A stretch of DNA of 64,000 bases from Candidatus Latescibacterota bacterium (GCA_965215195.1 CBDCDC010000002.1:2656001-2720000); one strand, 5' to 3'. Counted from the first letter of the stretch, positions 1 through 9,458 are shown. The notes: generated from the letters alone by a model not told the origin. Made by a program: numbers and translations.

Positions 1-387
1 ACCGGCGAACTCCGCACCGACCCGCGCCACCAGATGCTAATCGCCACCGCTGGCCAGCGTCCGCTCGGCATCCAAGTCGGCCACGTGCTCGCGCTGCTGG
101 CGACAGCACACCAAAAGAGCCGGGCCCTACACCTGACGGCGCACGGCCGCGTCTGCCCGGTCATCGCGCTAATCGCTGCCGCGCTAAAACCCCAAGCCCT
201 CGCCTCGCTGACGACCAACGCCCTCATCGATTCCCTTGGCCGCCTCATCGACTGGCCACTGTCCTACGCCGCCGCCCCGTCGCTTTACTGCTTTGGCCTA
301 CTGGCCGAATTCGACATCCCCGACCTGATCGCGCTTTCAGCACCCGTGCCGCTCGCCGATCCCCATCGCGGGCCGCTGCGCCGCTGA
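1..387 (+). CDS. 3' part of a CDS running in from the window edge, function unknown
   Basis: Frame 1 is open from base 1 to TGA at 385-387, with GC3-rich codons; no motif recognised. Confidence 0.6.
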   Translation, partial: TGELRTDPRHQMLIATAGQRPLGIQVGHVLALLATAHQKSRALHLTAHGRVCPVIALIAAALKPQALASLTTNALIDSLGRLIDWPLSYAAAPSLYCFGLLAEFDIPDLIALSAPVPLADPHRGPLRR

Positions 388-447
388 GCTTCGCTGTTCA
401 GTTTTGAAACTTGTTTTTCGCTGTTGGGCAGAACTGTACGCGCAAAA

Positions 448-483
448 CGGCCTGCTGATTTCCAGCGGGAAACCAACAGGCCG
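448..483 (-). terminator. Hairpin terminator downstream of Uma2 copy 1
   Basis: cggcctgctg...caacaggccg stem followed by a U-run on the minus strand; near-identical copy at 3333-3368. Confidence 0.6.
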
Positions 484-514
484 CTCTTAGCCCTTTCTAC
501 AACGGCTTGTTGCG

Positions 515-1066
515 CTAGGCGAACAGCGCTGCGACTGGCACCTCCCACCCCGGCACCACCTGCCCTCCCTTCAGCACATCGCCTTCGCGCAATACATCCA
601 CAGCATCCGAGGTTCGATGCACCGCCACCGTGCGCTGCCGTGGCTCGACGACCACCACCATCTGCGTCCCAGCCGCCAGCCAAGCGGCCACCTTTTCCGC
701 CACTTCCCCGTAGCGATCTCCCGGCGAGACCACCTCCACCGCCAAATCGGGTGCGCCCGGCCAATAGCCGACCACCGCGCCGACCGCATCTAACCGCGCT
801 TGGCACACAAAAGCCGCATCCGGGGCCCGCACCGTGTCCGGGTCCGACCCCAGCCGAAACCCCGTCTCCGCCGCATACACCACTCCTAAGCGGTTGGCCA
901 GCACGTGCTGACCCAATGATACGGTCACCAACGCGGAGATCTTGCCGTGTTCATTGCCTGCTGGCGTCATCTTGTGCAACTCCCCGCGCACCAGTTCGTA
1001 GCGAAAACCATCGTCTGGCAACCACTCTAGTTCGGCCGCTGTGGCCACTTGTTCGACCATCGTCAT
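515..1066 (-). CDS. Uma2 family PD-(D/E)xK endonuclease-like protein (copy 1)
   Basis: YELVRGEL...H...ETGF...APDAAFV...APDLAVEVVSP motifs typical of Uma2/DUF820. Confidence 0.92.
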   Translation of the reverse strand: MTMVEQVATAAELEWLPDDGFRYELVRGELHKMTPAGNEHGKISALVTVSLGQHVLANRLGVVYAAETGFRLGSDPDTVRAPDAAFVCQARLDAVGAVVGYWPGAPDLAVEVVSPGDRYGEVAEKVAAWLAAGTQMVVVVEPRQRTVAVHRTSDAVDVLREGDVLKGGQVVPGWEVPVAALFA

Positions 1067-1217
1067 AGGCTATCGTCCTCGCCCCCTTCATCTCAAGTGG
1101 AGAGCATCGCCTCCGCACCTTATATAGAAAGGATGGACATGTCCGAAAAACTGCCCCGCCAGAATCTCTTTGCGGAACAACATACGGAATGCACTTAGCG
1201 CCTTTTCGCCACAACCC

Positions 1218-2294
1218 CTATCCATATTTTTCCCGCAGGCACCGCGCCGCTTCCACCTCGTTTTTGAGCTTGCTATAAACCTCGTCGATATCGACTTTCG
1301 CCGCCGATCCGGGAGCGAATCCGCAGTCCGGGTTGAGCACCACCCGCTCGGGCACCAAGTACTCCAACGCCTGTTCCACCCGCCCGATGATCGTCTCCGG
1401 CTCGTCGACCTCGCCCGGATGCACCCCCACACAACCCAAGCCGATCTCTAAATCTTCGCGCAGTGCCTTAAACACCTCCGCATCCCCTGCGCCCGGACTG
1501 GTAAATTCCATAGTCAGATGGTGTACCTTCAGGCGATTGAGATAGGCGATGATCGGGCCATAGCCGCCGGTGTGACATGCCTCGCCCCGGACCCGGGCAC
1601 CCGCACGGCGGCACAAATGCACGGCCAAGCGCACCCCTGTGGCTCCCTCTACCACCGCATTGGTCATCGCCACCGCAAAGTCGGCCTCGGCCTCGGGGTC
1701 GTCGTATCCGGCTCGCACCTCGTCATCGACGAGCAGGCATAGATGCGGATCGTCGATCTGCACGATATCGGCACCGGCCTCGCACAATAGCGCCAACTCG
1801 CGGCGCAGAATCGGCACACAAGCCTCGACGAATCCATTGCGGGTCGGATAGGCTCCGCGCGATTGTTCCGCATCCCACATCCGCTCGCCCAATAGCGCTG
1901 GCGCGGGCAAGGTGGCCTTGATTTTGCGCGAGCTAACCTGCTTGAGAAATTCTATTTCCCGCGCGATAAACCCTTCGTCTTTCGGCACCAACTCGCCCGT
2001 GACGATGGTCCACGGCCTGCCGTCCGCATTCCGGCTCAACTCGAAGCCATGCGCCAATTCGGCGATCACGCCGATATACGAGGCACGCCGCCATTCACCA
2101 TCGGTGATCACGTCCAACCCCGCCGCTTCCTGCAACGCCGCCGCATAGGCCACGGCCGCGTCCATCACCTGCCCCAGCCGTTCAGCGTCCATTGGCCGCT
2201 CACCCATCACCGCCTCGCGTACAAAATCCGGTCGCGGCAGCGAGCCGACCACCGCGGCCGGAAAGAGCGTCCCGTAGTGTTGACGAGTCGACAT
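1218..2294 (-). CDS. Cobalamin-independent methionine synthase II family (MetE C-terminal-like) protein
   Basis: VGSLPRP, GLDVITDGE.RR, QIDDP, VHLC, LGCV and NPDCGF motifs; probable ATG at 2294 just after the upstream stop. Confidence 0.88.
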   Translation of the reverse strand: MSTRQHYGTLFPAAVVGSLPRPDFVREAVMGERPMDAERLGQVMDAAVAYAAALQEAAGLDVITDGEWRRASYIGVIAELAHGFELSRNADGRPWTIVTGELVPKDEGFIAREIEFLKQVSSRKIKATLPAPALLGERMWDAEQSRGAYPTRNGFVEACVPILRRELALLCEAGADIVQIDDPHLCLLVDDEVRAGYDDPEAEADFAVAMTNAVVEGATGVRLAVHLCRRAGARVRGEACHTGGYGPIIAYLNRLKVHHLTMEFTSPGAGDAEVFKALREDLEIGLGCVGVHPGEVDEPETIIGRVEQALEYLVPERVVLNPDCGFAPGSAAKVDIDEVYSKLKNEVEAARCLREKYG

Positions 2295-2295
2295 A

Positions 2296-3060
2296 TTAGC
2301 CGCCGTATTCGCCTGACCAGCGCACATTGGCCAGCGCGACGTCCTCTTCAGTGTCAATTTCCATATACTCGCCATCGGTGGTCACCATGTGCAAGGCCAA
2401 TCCTGCGCTTAGCATTTCCTCGAAGAGGTGAATCAGATAAGCCTTTTCGAATGGCGTGCCGTCCTTCCAGTTCTGCCCGGCGTACTCCGCCTTCATCCGC
2501 TGATAATGCGCCTGCAAAGACCGCGCCCCCGCCACACTGAACCGCGCCACGCCGATATACTCGCCGCTGGCCGCTGGCGCAGGAATGGCGCGGTTGACCT
2601 CCACGACCCGATCGCCCTCGGCCACGATCTTTTCGGCATCGTCCTCGGGGTGCTGGCTGCGATCGGCATAGCGCGTACGCCAGTCCGTATCAACGCAGAG
2701 CGCGATATCGCCCTCGTGCTCCAGCGCTCGACGCACGACCGTGGGACGGTAGAGAATATCGGCATAGGAACAGACAAAACCATCGGCCATATACTCCTCG
2801 GCGCAAAAGAGCGAAGCCAAGATATTGTTGTGCTGCCAGTCGGCGTTATGACAATAAGTGAGATGCGGGTAGTCGGCTTGGATCTGCTCAATGCGATAGC
2901 CGCCGACAAAGACCGGCGTCTCTAACCCGGCCGCGGCCAGCGCCTCGAGCATCCAGTCGAGGATCCGCCGCCCGCCGATGGGCACATAGCATTTGGGCTG
3001 CCCGTCGGTCAGGGCGTTGAGCCGACTGCCGCGGCCGGCACCGATGATGATGGGACGCAC
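2296..3060 (-). CDS. Nucleotidyltransferase, LicC/phosphocholine cytidylyltransferase-like
   Basis: IIIGAGRGSRL..LT...PKC, NNILASL, YADI, GEYIG and EIDT..D motifs. Confidence 0.88.
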   Translation of the reverse strand: MRPIIIGAGRGSRLNALTDGQPKCYVPIGGRRILDWMLEALAAAGLETPVFVGGYRIEQIQADYPHLTYCHNADWQHNNILASLFCAEEYMADGFVCSYADILYRPTVVRRALEHEGDIALCVDTDWRTRYADRSQHPEDDAEKIVAEGDRVVEVNRAIPAPAASGEYIGVARFSVAGARSLQAHYQRMKAEYAGQNWKDGTPFEKAYLIHLFEEMLSAGLALHMVTTDGEYMEIDTEEDVALANVRWSGEYGG

Positions 3061-3088
3061 AGCTCTCCTTTCGTTGTTAGCTCACTCG

Positions 3089-3212
3089 CTAAGTACACGA
3101 CAGTAGGGCCTTACCCTCGGATCGAGGGCATCTTGCCCTCGTCGAGGGCGGGACGCCCTCGATCCCGGACTCATCGCCCATTAACGACAAGTTATCGGTG
3201 TCGTGTAGTTAG
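3089..3212. mobile_element. MITE-like element, family A, with terminal inverted repeats and internal REP-like palindromes
   Basis: Ends ctaagtacacgaca / tgtcgtgtagttag; internal cgagggcatcttgccctcg and cgagggcgggacgccctcg; relative at 59308-59399. Confidence 0.65.
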
Positions 3213-3368
3213 GATCACTCGACACACCCTGCGCCTTGTTGCCGGCCGGTGGCTTGGACGGTCCAGAACCGCCAATCTGCGCTTCCACGACCTCAAGCGG
3301 CGCAAAGATCGCCTTCAGCGGTACGCGCAAAACGGCCTGCTGATTCCCAGCGGAAAACCAACAGGCCG

Positions 3369-3920
3369 CTAAGCGAACAACGCCGCGACCGCCACCTTCC
3401 ACCCCGGCACCACTTCCCCGCCCTCCAGCACATCGCCTTCGCGCAATATATCCACAGCGCCCGAAGTTCGATGTACCGCCACCGTGCGCTGCCGTGGCTC
3501 GACGACCACCACCATCTGCGTCCCAGCCGCCAGCCAAGCAGCCACCTTTTCCGCCACTTCCCCGTAGCGATCTCCCGGCGAGACCACCTCCACCGCCAAA
3601 TCGGGTGCGCCCGGCCAGTAGCCGACCACCGCACCGACCGCATCTAACCGCGCTTGGCGCACAAAAGCCGCATCCGGGGCCCGCACCGTGTCCGGGTCCG
3701 ACCCCAGCCGAAACCCCGTCTCCGCCGCATACACCGATCCCAAGCCATGGGCCTCCACGTGTTGTGCCAAGGGCCAAGCAACGCGCATCGCGATTTTTCC
3801 GTGTTCATTGCCCGCAGGCACCATCTTACGCACCTCCCCACATACTAATTCGTAGCGAAAACCATCGTCCGGCAGCCGTTCCAAGTCCGCCGCCGTGGCC
3901 GTATGTTCGACAATTGTCAT
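3369..3920 (-). CDS. Uma2 family endonuclease-like protein (copy 2)
   Basis: Same motifs as 515-1066; near-identical C-terminal two thirds. Confidence 0.92.
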   Translation of the reverse strand: MTIVEHTATAADLERLPDDGFRYELVCGEVRKMVPAGNEHGKIAMRVAWPLAQHVEAHGLGSVYAAETGFRLGSDPDTVRAPDAAFVRQARLDAVGAVVGYWPGAPDLAVEVVSPGDRYGEVAEKVAAWLAAGTQMVVVVEPRQRTVAVHRTSGAVDILREGDVLEGGEVVPGWKVAVAALFA

Positions 3921-4061
3921 GAGCTATCGTCCTCGTCCCCTTCGGCTTTAGATGCGAAATACTATGCGGAATATACCTACCGCCTTCTACCCAAACAATC
4001 GCCAGTGGAGAGCATGGCCTCCGCACCTTATATTGAGATATTACACATTGAAAGGATGGAC

Positions 4062-5330
4062 ATGTCCGAAAAACTGCCCCTCGCCATCGTCGGCTGCGGC
4101 GGCATGGGCCACCGCCACCTCTACGGCCTCGCCGAGCTGCAAAGCACTGGCCTGTCGCCCTTTGAACTGGTAGGTGCCTGCGACCCCAATCTCGACAACG
4201 CCCACTCGCTCGCCGACCAAGCCGAAGAGCGACTGGGCACGCGACCCCAACCCGTCAAAGACCTCGCTGAACTAGCTTCCGTCGCCCCGGTGCAAGCCGT
4301 CGATATCACCACCCTACCGGCCCATCACCACACGGTGGCCATTGAGGCCATGGAGCGCGGCTGGCACGCGATGTGCGAAAAACCTATGGGGCTTACGGCC
4401 CGCGCCTGCAAGCAGATGATCGCCAAGGCCCAAGAGACCGGGTGCGTCCTCTCGGTGGCCGAAAATTACCGCCGCGACCCGGTAAACCGCCTCGCCAAGG
4501 CACTCCTCGACGCCGACGTCATTGGGCGTCCGCGCCTGATGCAGCAAATTGCCGTAGGCGGCGGCGACGGCATGCTCATTTCGGTGTGGCGGCACCAAAA
4601 AAACGCCAGCGGCGTCCTCCTCGACGTGGGCGTTCACTTTGCCGACATCATGGAGTACTTCCTCGGGGAGGCCGACACGGCCTACGCGCAAACGCGCCTG
4701 CACGAGCCGACGCGCAAAAACCCCGTAGCCGGCCGCGACGTCAGCAGCGGCTCGTCGGGAGGCGTCTATGAACGCTGGCAAAAAGACATGCCCGCGGAGT
4801 TTACTGCTACCGCGGACGACGCGGCCTACGCCACCATCCTCTTCAAAAGCGGCGCGGTCGCCCAGTACACCGAAGACCACGCGGCCCACGGCCAAAACCT
4901 GTGGCGGCGCTCCATCCACGGCAGCCGCGGCTCACTCGAACTGCCCGGCGACCGCTCGGGCCAACGCCTCGCGCTCCACCTCGACGGCGCAGACCCCATC
5001 GGCGACCAAGCTCTCCTCGACCTCGTGCCCGATCACCGCCTCGACGAGGTCACGGCCGCGCTCTTCGGCGGCGACCGGCTCTTCGAGTACGACTTTCCCT
5101 TTCCCGAGACCGATCGCAAGCTAATCGCCGTCGAATACCACGAACTCGGCACTTGCATCCAACACGGGCGACAGCCCGAAGTCAATGCCCAGCAAGGCAC
5201 TCGCTCCGTGGGCCTGTCTTACAGCCTGCTGGAGTCGCAAGTTGCCGGCCGTGCGCTGTCGGTCGATGCCGTCTGCAACGACCTGATCAACGCCTACCAA
5301 GCCGAGATCAACGAGCATCTGGGGCTCTAA
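4062..5330 (+). CDS. Gfo/Idh/MocA family oxidoreductase
   Basis: IVGCGGMG Rossmann motif, CEKP, LDVGVH; aagga RBS before ATG 4062. Confidence 0.92.
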   Translation: MSEKLPLAIVGCGGMGHRHLYGLAELQSTGLSPFELVGACDPNLDNAHSLADQAEERLGTRPQPVKDLAELASVAPVQAVDITTLPAHHHTVAIEAMERGWHAMCEKPMGLTARACKQMIAKAQETGCVLSVAENYRRDPVNRLAKALLDADVIGRPRLMQQIAVGGGDGMLISVWRHQKNASGVLLDVGVHFADIMEYFLGEADTAYAQTRLHEPTRKNPVAGRDVSSGSSGGVYERWQKDMPAEFTATADDAAYATILFKSGAVAQYTEDHAAHGQNLWRRSIHGSRGSLELPGDRSGQRLALHLDGADPIGDQALLDLVPDHRLDEVTAALFGGDRLFEYDFPFPETDRKLIAVEYHELGTCIQHGRQPEVNAQQGTRSVGLSYSLLESQVAGRALSVDAVCNDLINAYQAEINEHLGL

Positions 5331-5334
5331 AACC

Positions 5335-6135
5335 ATGGCCGCCATCCTCTGCCCTCGCTGCCACAAACTCGTCAGCGCCGATGCTGAAACCTGCCCCCAC
5401 TGCGGCCAGCGCAAACCCGGGCTGTGGGGCGCGACAGCCACCATGCGCAAGCTCGGCCTACAGCTAAATTTCCCGCACTTAATTACGGTGTTCTGCGGCG
5501 TGCTCTACCTGCTCGCGTTGGCCCTAGACCCAGCGGCGATTTTCCAGACGCAGGGCCTGATGCAGATTCTCTCGCCCAGCATCCAAGCCAGCTTCAAACT
5601 CGGCGTCACCGGCACCGTGCCCATCTTCTCCTACAACTTCTGGTGGACTCCGATCACCGCCATCTACCTGCACGGCGGCCTGCTGCACATCTTCTTCAAC
5701 ATGATGTGGGTGCGCCAGCTTGGTCCGGTTGTAGAAGAGCTCTTCGGCCCCTTCCGCCTCTTTGCGATTTTTACGGTCGCCGGCATCACCGGCTTCCTAG
5801 CTTCGACCCTAGCGGGCCACTAACTCACGCTGGGGGCCTCCGGCTCAATTTTCGGCCTCTTGGCCGCGGCCATTGCCTACGGTCGGCGCGTTGGGGCCCA
5901 GCTCTTCACTCGGCAATTTCTCCAGTGGGCGGTCCTGCTTTTCTTTATGGGCTTTGTGATGCCCGGCGTCGATAACTGGGCGCACGGCGGCGGCTTCATC
6001 GGCGGGTATGCGGCCGCGTATGTCTTCAGCCGCAGCTCGGAGCGCGAGGGCTTGGGGGCCTATCTGGTCGGTGGTTTGTGCATGCTGGCCACAGTCGGCG
6101 CTTTCTTCATGCAGTTTATCGCCATGTTCCTGTAG
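5335..6135 (+). pseudogene. Rhomboid intramembrane serine protease with N-terminal zinc ribbon, interrupted by in-frame TAA at 5821-5823
   Basis: CPRC..CPHC ribbon and HGGLLHIFFNM before the stop; the same frame continues LTLGASG (catalytic Ser motif) and DNWAHGGG (catalytic His). Confidence 0.85.
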
Positions 6136-6143
6136 CCCGCTTC

Positions 6144-6800
6144 ATGCCCGCCGAACGCATCGCGCTTTTCGACAGCCAGGGACAACCCATAGGCAGCAAA
6201 AGTCGCGCGGCGTGTGGCGACGGGGACCGCGTCGGCTTGGTCTTTGTCTGGGCGGCTTGGCGCACGTCCTCCGGCGTCGCTCGCACCTTATTGCAGACTC
6301 GCTCGCGCCCCGGCGACCCCTATCTCGGCAGCCTCGACGCGCCGGCCGGGGGCCACATCCGGGCCGGAGAAATGCCCGCGGCAGCGGCGCATCGCGAATT
6401 CGCCGAAGAGGTCGGTATCGCGCTGACACCCGCCGAGCTGGTCTTCCTCGGCCAGCAACCCCTCCAAGACACCAGGCACTCTGCCATGCAGTTTTTTTAC
6501 CTCTGCACGCGGCCTATCTCGCTGGGGGAAACCGCATTCAACGAAGAAGTGGGAGCCTTCGTCGAAGTCGGGCTCGACGATTTCGCCGCCTTGGTCTGCG
6601 GACGGGCCGCAGCGATCCAAGGTCAGGCCCGCTACAGGGAAACACCAGACGAAACGAGGCCGCAGGAAATTACTCCCGCGGCCTTCGCCGCCTATTCCGA
6701 GCCGATCATGGACGCCATCCGCCGCTCGGCCAGCGCGCTCCGCGCCTATCTCGATACCGGGCCGCTCGACGAAGCTATCTGGACGCACTCGACCGGCTGA
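6144..6800 (+). CDS. NUDIX hydrolase (IDI-like)
   Basis: Nudix box GGHIRAGEMPAAAAHREFAEEVG. Confidence 0.88.
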   Translation: MPAERIALFDSQGQPIGSKSRAACGDGDRVGLVFVWAAWRTSSGVARTLLQTRSRPGDPYLGSLDAPAGGHIRAGEMPAAAAHREFAEEVGIALTPAELVFLGQQPLQDTRHSAMQFFYLCTRPISLGETAFNEEVGAFVEVGLDDFAALVCGRAAAIQGQARYRETPDETRPQEITPAAFAAYSEPIMDAIRRSASALRAYLDTGPLDEAIWTHSTG

Positions 6801-8229
6801 TATAGCACTCCAGATGCGCCAGCGCCCGGCCGCTATCCACAGCCTCCCGCGCCTCGGCCAACCCCTCTTCGGCACTCGCACTTAGGCCCAGATAATAGTC
6901 GGTCAGGCCGGCGTTGAGTACTATGCGGTCGTACGCGTGGCCTTGCTCGCCCTTGAGTGCTGCTACTCCCAGCGCTGCAAAAGCCCGCGCACTCACCACC
7001 GCAGGACGCGGGCTTTGCTCGTAGCAAAAGCCGTAGTCCCTCGGGTCCACGTCGCAGGCTACCGTCGTCAGTACACCTCGGACGCGGCGGAATCCCTGCG
7101 TGTAGTTGATGGCCTTGCGTCGAGCGTCCGAGGGCTTGCCCAAGCGCAATCCATAGTGGCTGCTCCCCTCCTCGCCCTTGATCACCAGCCCGGCGTCCAG
7201 CCTGTGCGCCGGCATCAACCCCAACAGCTTGTCCTCGTAGCCAGCGTGGTAAAAGCCCGCGACCATGCCGTTCCAAGCCGCGCCGGCAAACAACTGCTGT
7301 GCCTTCTCGGTAGTGGCCCAAGGCGGGCGTTTGGCGATGTGGGTGCGCAAATGTCGCAAAGCATACGCACGGGGGGCGTATTCGCGCTGACTCACGTACG
7401 CGAACCCAACGGCCGGGTCTTCGATGCAACGGGCCGCTGTCGCCAGCGACAGATCGACTCGCGCACCCAAGGACATCAGCACCCCTTCCTCGGTGACTCC
7501 GCGCTTGGGCGGCATTTCGGCGACGCCGTGTAGCACGGTCGCCCGGCCCAAGGCTGCGCGCACGGCCGCGACGAAGAGCGTCGGGCGAAAGAAGCGCGCT
7601 GCGCCGTCAAAGGGCTGGCCAAAATGCGTCAGAACTTCTACTTGCAGAGCGGACACCTGCTCTGAGGGAAGCACGGCGTCGAGATGAGCGCGAATTTCTT
7701 CCGCATTTTCGATGTTCATCCGCTGGCCGATCAAGAACGCGGCCATCAGCGAGGGGCGCACTTCGCCCGCTAGCATGGCCCCGAGCGCACCGCGCACTTC
7801 CTCGTAGCGCAAGTGCTCGCCCTGCAAAACCGGGCGCAGCGCTGCAACCACCCGCGCTTCGCCCCAACCGCAGCCGACGAAATCCGGTGCCATCCCCAAC
7901 AAGAAGCGCAAGTCAGCGGGCATCTTGCTGAGCGCGTCCCCATGGCGATCAAACGCCTCGATTTCCGCTGCGCTCCACCTCGTCCGCTCGCCAAAGGTGC
8001 GGCGGATGGACATGGCCGCGAAAAACGCGCCCATTTGGGCTGGAGAAACCTGCTCGGCGCGGGGCAAGGCCCCCTCGAGCGAAGCGAAAATTAGCCCTAG
8101 AATGCGCCGAGGGTCTGGGTCGCCCTCTTTTTTGCCCAGCGGACGGCTCTGGTGCGGCCCGGTACAGACGCGCATCTGCGCGGCCAGCACTTCCTCGTTG
8201 GGGCCGGGATAGGGGGCGGGTTCAGACAC
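6775..8229 (-). CDS. Anthranilate phosphoribosyltransferase-like (glycosyl transferase family 3) protein
   Basis: Repeated AQMGAFF/MAAFLIG helical domain, PFDG, HG...MPPKRG, IKGEEG and NAG motifs. Confidence 0.75.
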   Translation of the reverse strand: MSEPAPYPGPNEEVLAAQMRVCTGPHQSRPLGKKEGDPDPRRILGLIFASLEGALPRAEQVSPAQMGAFFAAMSIRRTFGERTRWSAAEIEAFDRHGDALSKMPADLRFLLGMAPDFVGCGWGEARVVAALRPVLQGEHLRYEEVRGALGAMLAGEVRPSLMAAFLIGQRMNIENAEEIRAHLDAVLPSEQVSALQVEVLTHFGQPFDGAARFFRPTLFVAAVRAALGRATVLHGVAEMPPKRGVTEEGVLMSLGARVDLSLATAARCIEDPAVGFAYVSQREYAPRAYALRHLRTHIAKRPPWATTEKAQQLFAGAAWNGMVAGFYHAGYEDKLLGLMPAHRLDAGLVIKGEEGSSHYGLRLGKPSDARRKAINYTQGFRRVRGVLTTVACDVDPRDYGFCYEQSPRPAVVSARAFAALGVAALKGEQGHAYDRIVLNAGLTDYYLGLSASAEEGLAEAREAVDSGRALAHLECYISRSSASR

Positions 8230-8263
8230 GATTTTTGCTCCCTTTCACTAGCCGGAATCTCTT

Positions 8264-8292
8264 TTGACACGCAAAACATACCTTATTACATT
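8264..8292 (+). promoter_or_regulatory. Sigma70-type promoter for hicB-hicA
   Basis: TTGACA (8264-8269), 17-bp spacer, TACATT (8287-8292). Confidence 0.7.
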
Positions 8293-8341
8293 CGCTGAGG
8301 AAATGAGATTACGAGTAGTTCCCCTTGTGGAGAAACTTCCG

Positions 8342-8689
8342 ATGACAGGTGCGATTTTATATTCTAAGTATTTATTTCCTATAGAAATAGAGCAAGGCGA
8401 GCTCGGCTATATATCTCGTTGTCCCACCTTTGACGTATGCAGTCAGGGAACGACAAAGGACGAAGCCCATCGCATGATTTCTGAGGCTGTGCAGCTATTT
8501 GTTGAGGATGCTTTCGACGATGGAACCTTAAAAGAGCTTCTCAAAGAATGTGGAGTCGATGGAGAGTTCGAGGTTAATGGTATAGAGTTGCCCAAGCAAA
8601 ACGCTCATTTTATAGAAATCTACATCCCAAAAGGGTATAATAATGAGACTTACGCCGTGCAACTGGAGGACACTAATGCAGGTGTTTGA
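8342..8689 (+). CDS. hicB: HicB family antitoxin
   Basis: YISRCPTFDVCSQGTTKDEAHRMISEAVQL HicB-like fold; low GC; overlaps hicA; start uncertain. Confidence 0.8.
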   Translation: MTGAILYSKYLFPIEIEQGELGYISRCPTFDVCSQGTTKDEAHRMISEAVQLFVEDAFDDGTLKELLKECGVDGEFEVNGIELPKQNAHFIEIYIPKGYNNETYAVQLEDTNAGV

Positions 8690-8870
8690 AGCTGATGGTT
8701 TTGTTTTTTCGCGTGTAAAAGGCGATCACATTATTATGAGAAAGCCAAGTAAAAGATCAATAGTAATTCCCAAGAGAAAAGAAGTAGAGGTATATATTAT
8801 ACAATCTAATCTAAAAACTGCTGGAATTAGTAGAGAGCGATATTTTCAGTTATTAAAATCAGTGGGATGA
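8643..8870 (+). CDS. hicA: HicA family mRNA interferase toxin
   Basis: GFVFSRVKGDHIIM.K...IVIP...II...AGISRE.Y signature. Confidence 0.85.
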   Translation: MRLTPCNWRTLMQVFEADGFVFSRVKGDHIIMRKPSKRSIVIPKRKEVEVYIIQSNLKTAGISRERYFQLLKSVG

Positions 8871-8889
8871 GTGCTGGTTTACTCAACAC

Positions 8890-8933
8890 AATAGGACTAT
8901 TCCTCGATTCTATAAGGAGTAGTCCTATTTTTT
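8890..8933 (+). terminator. Intrinsic terminator after hicBA
   Basis: aataggactattcct / aggagtagtcctatt stem followed by a T-run. Confidence 0.8.
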
Positions 8934-9032
8934 GCAGCGCAAGCTCGCGCTACTGAGACTTGTGAGGTTTCTCCAGATATGGAGGAATACCCAAGCCCCT
9001 GGGGCACCACCCTTTTCCGCGATAAAATCCCA

Positions 9033-9446
9033 ATGCGCTACCTCTCTCGTCTGTTTCTTATCGCCCTCGCCCTAACCGCTTGTGGCTCGTCCGACCCGGC
9101 CCCGCCAGCGCTGCTCCACTACGTCGCGGCCCAAGAAGCCTTGGCCTCCGACGACCTAGACCAGGCGCGTCAGGCACTGCAAGGCTTGGTGCAAAGCGCC
9201 AGCCCAACCCTCAAGCCGCTGGCGGAAAAAGCCGCGCATGCCGACGATCTTGCTGCGGTGCGCGTTGCGTTCAAGCCGCTGTCCGAAGAAGTGATGCAGA
9301 GCCAAATTCCCGAGGGCTACGTCGTGGCGTACTGCCCGATGGCCGACGGGGACAAGGGGGCGCACTGGGTGCAAAAGGACCAGCCCCAGATCGCCAATCC
9401 CTACTTCGGCGCTTCCATGCTCCGCTGCGGGGTATTCAAGGAATAG
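9033..9446 (+). CDS. DUF3347-like metal-binding lipoprotein
   Basis: Lipobox LTAC; YCPMA...WVQ...IANPYFGASMLRCG. Confidence 0.78.
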   Translation: MRYLSRLFLIALALTACGSSDPAPPALLHYVAAQEALASDDLDQARQALQGLVQSASPTLKPLAEKAAHADDLAAVRVAFKPLSEEVMQSQIPEGYVVAYCPMADGDKGAHWVQKDQPQIANPYFGASMLRCGVFKE

Positions 9447-9458
9447 CTGCATCCGCAC

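Larger units (their letters stand above)
436..1157. repeat. Copy 1 of a diverged ~720-760 bp duplication (terminator + Uma2 + RBS and first codons of the Gfo gene); copy 2 at 3321-4080
   Basis: Shared gtacgcgcaaaacggcctgctgatt start, Uma2 body, and gaaaggatggacatgtccgaaaaactgcccc end. Confidence 0.85.

Noticed and set aside
3213-3320. Possible third Uma2 tail (PLKAIFAPLE) on the minus strand
   Set aside because: The resemblance covers only a few residues and cannot be supported without a search.
5821-5823. Stop-codon recoding (Sec/Pyl or alternative code) in the rhomboid gene
   Set aside because: The codon is TAA, which ends many normal genes here, and no other intact gene shows internal stops.
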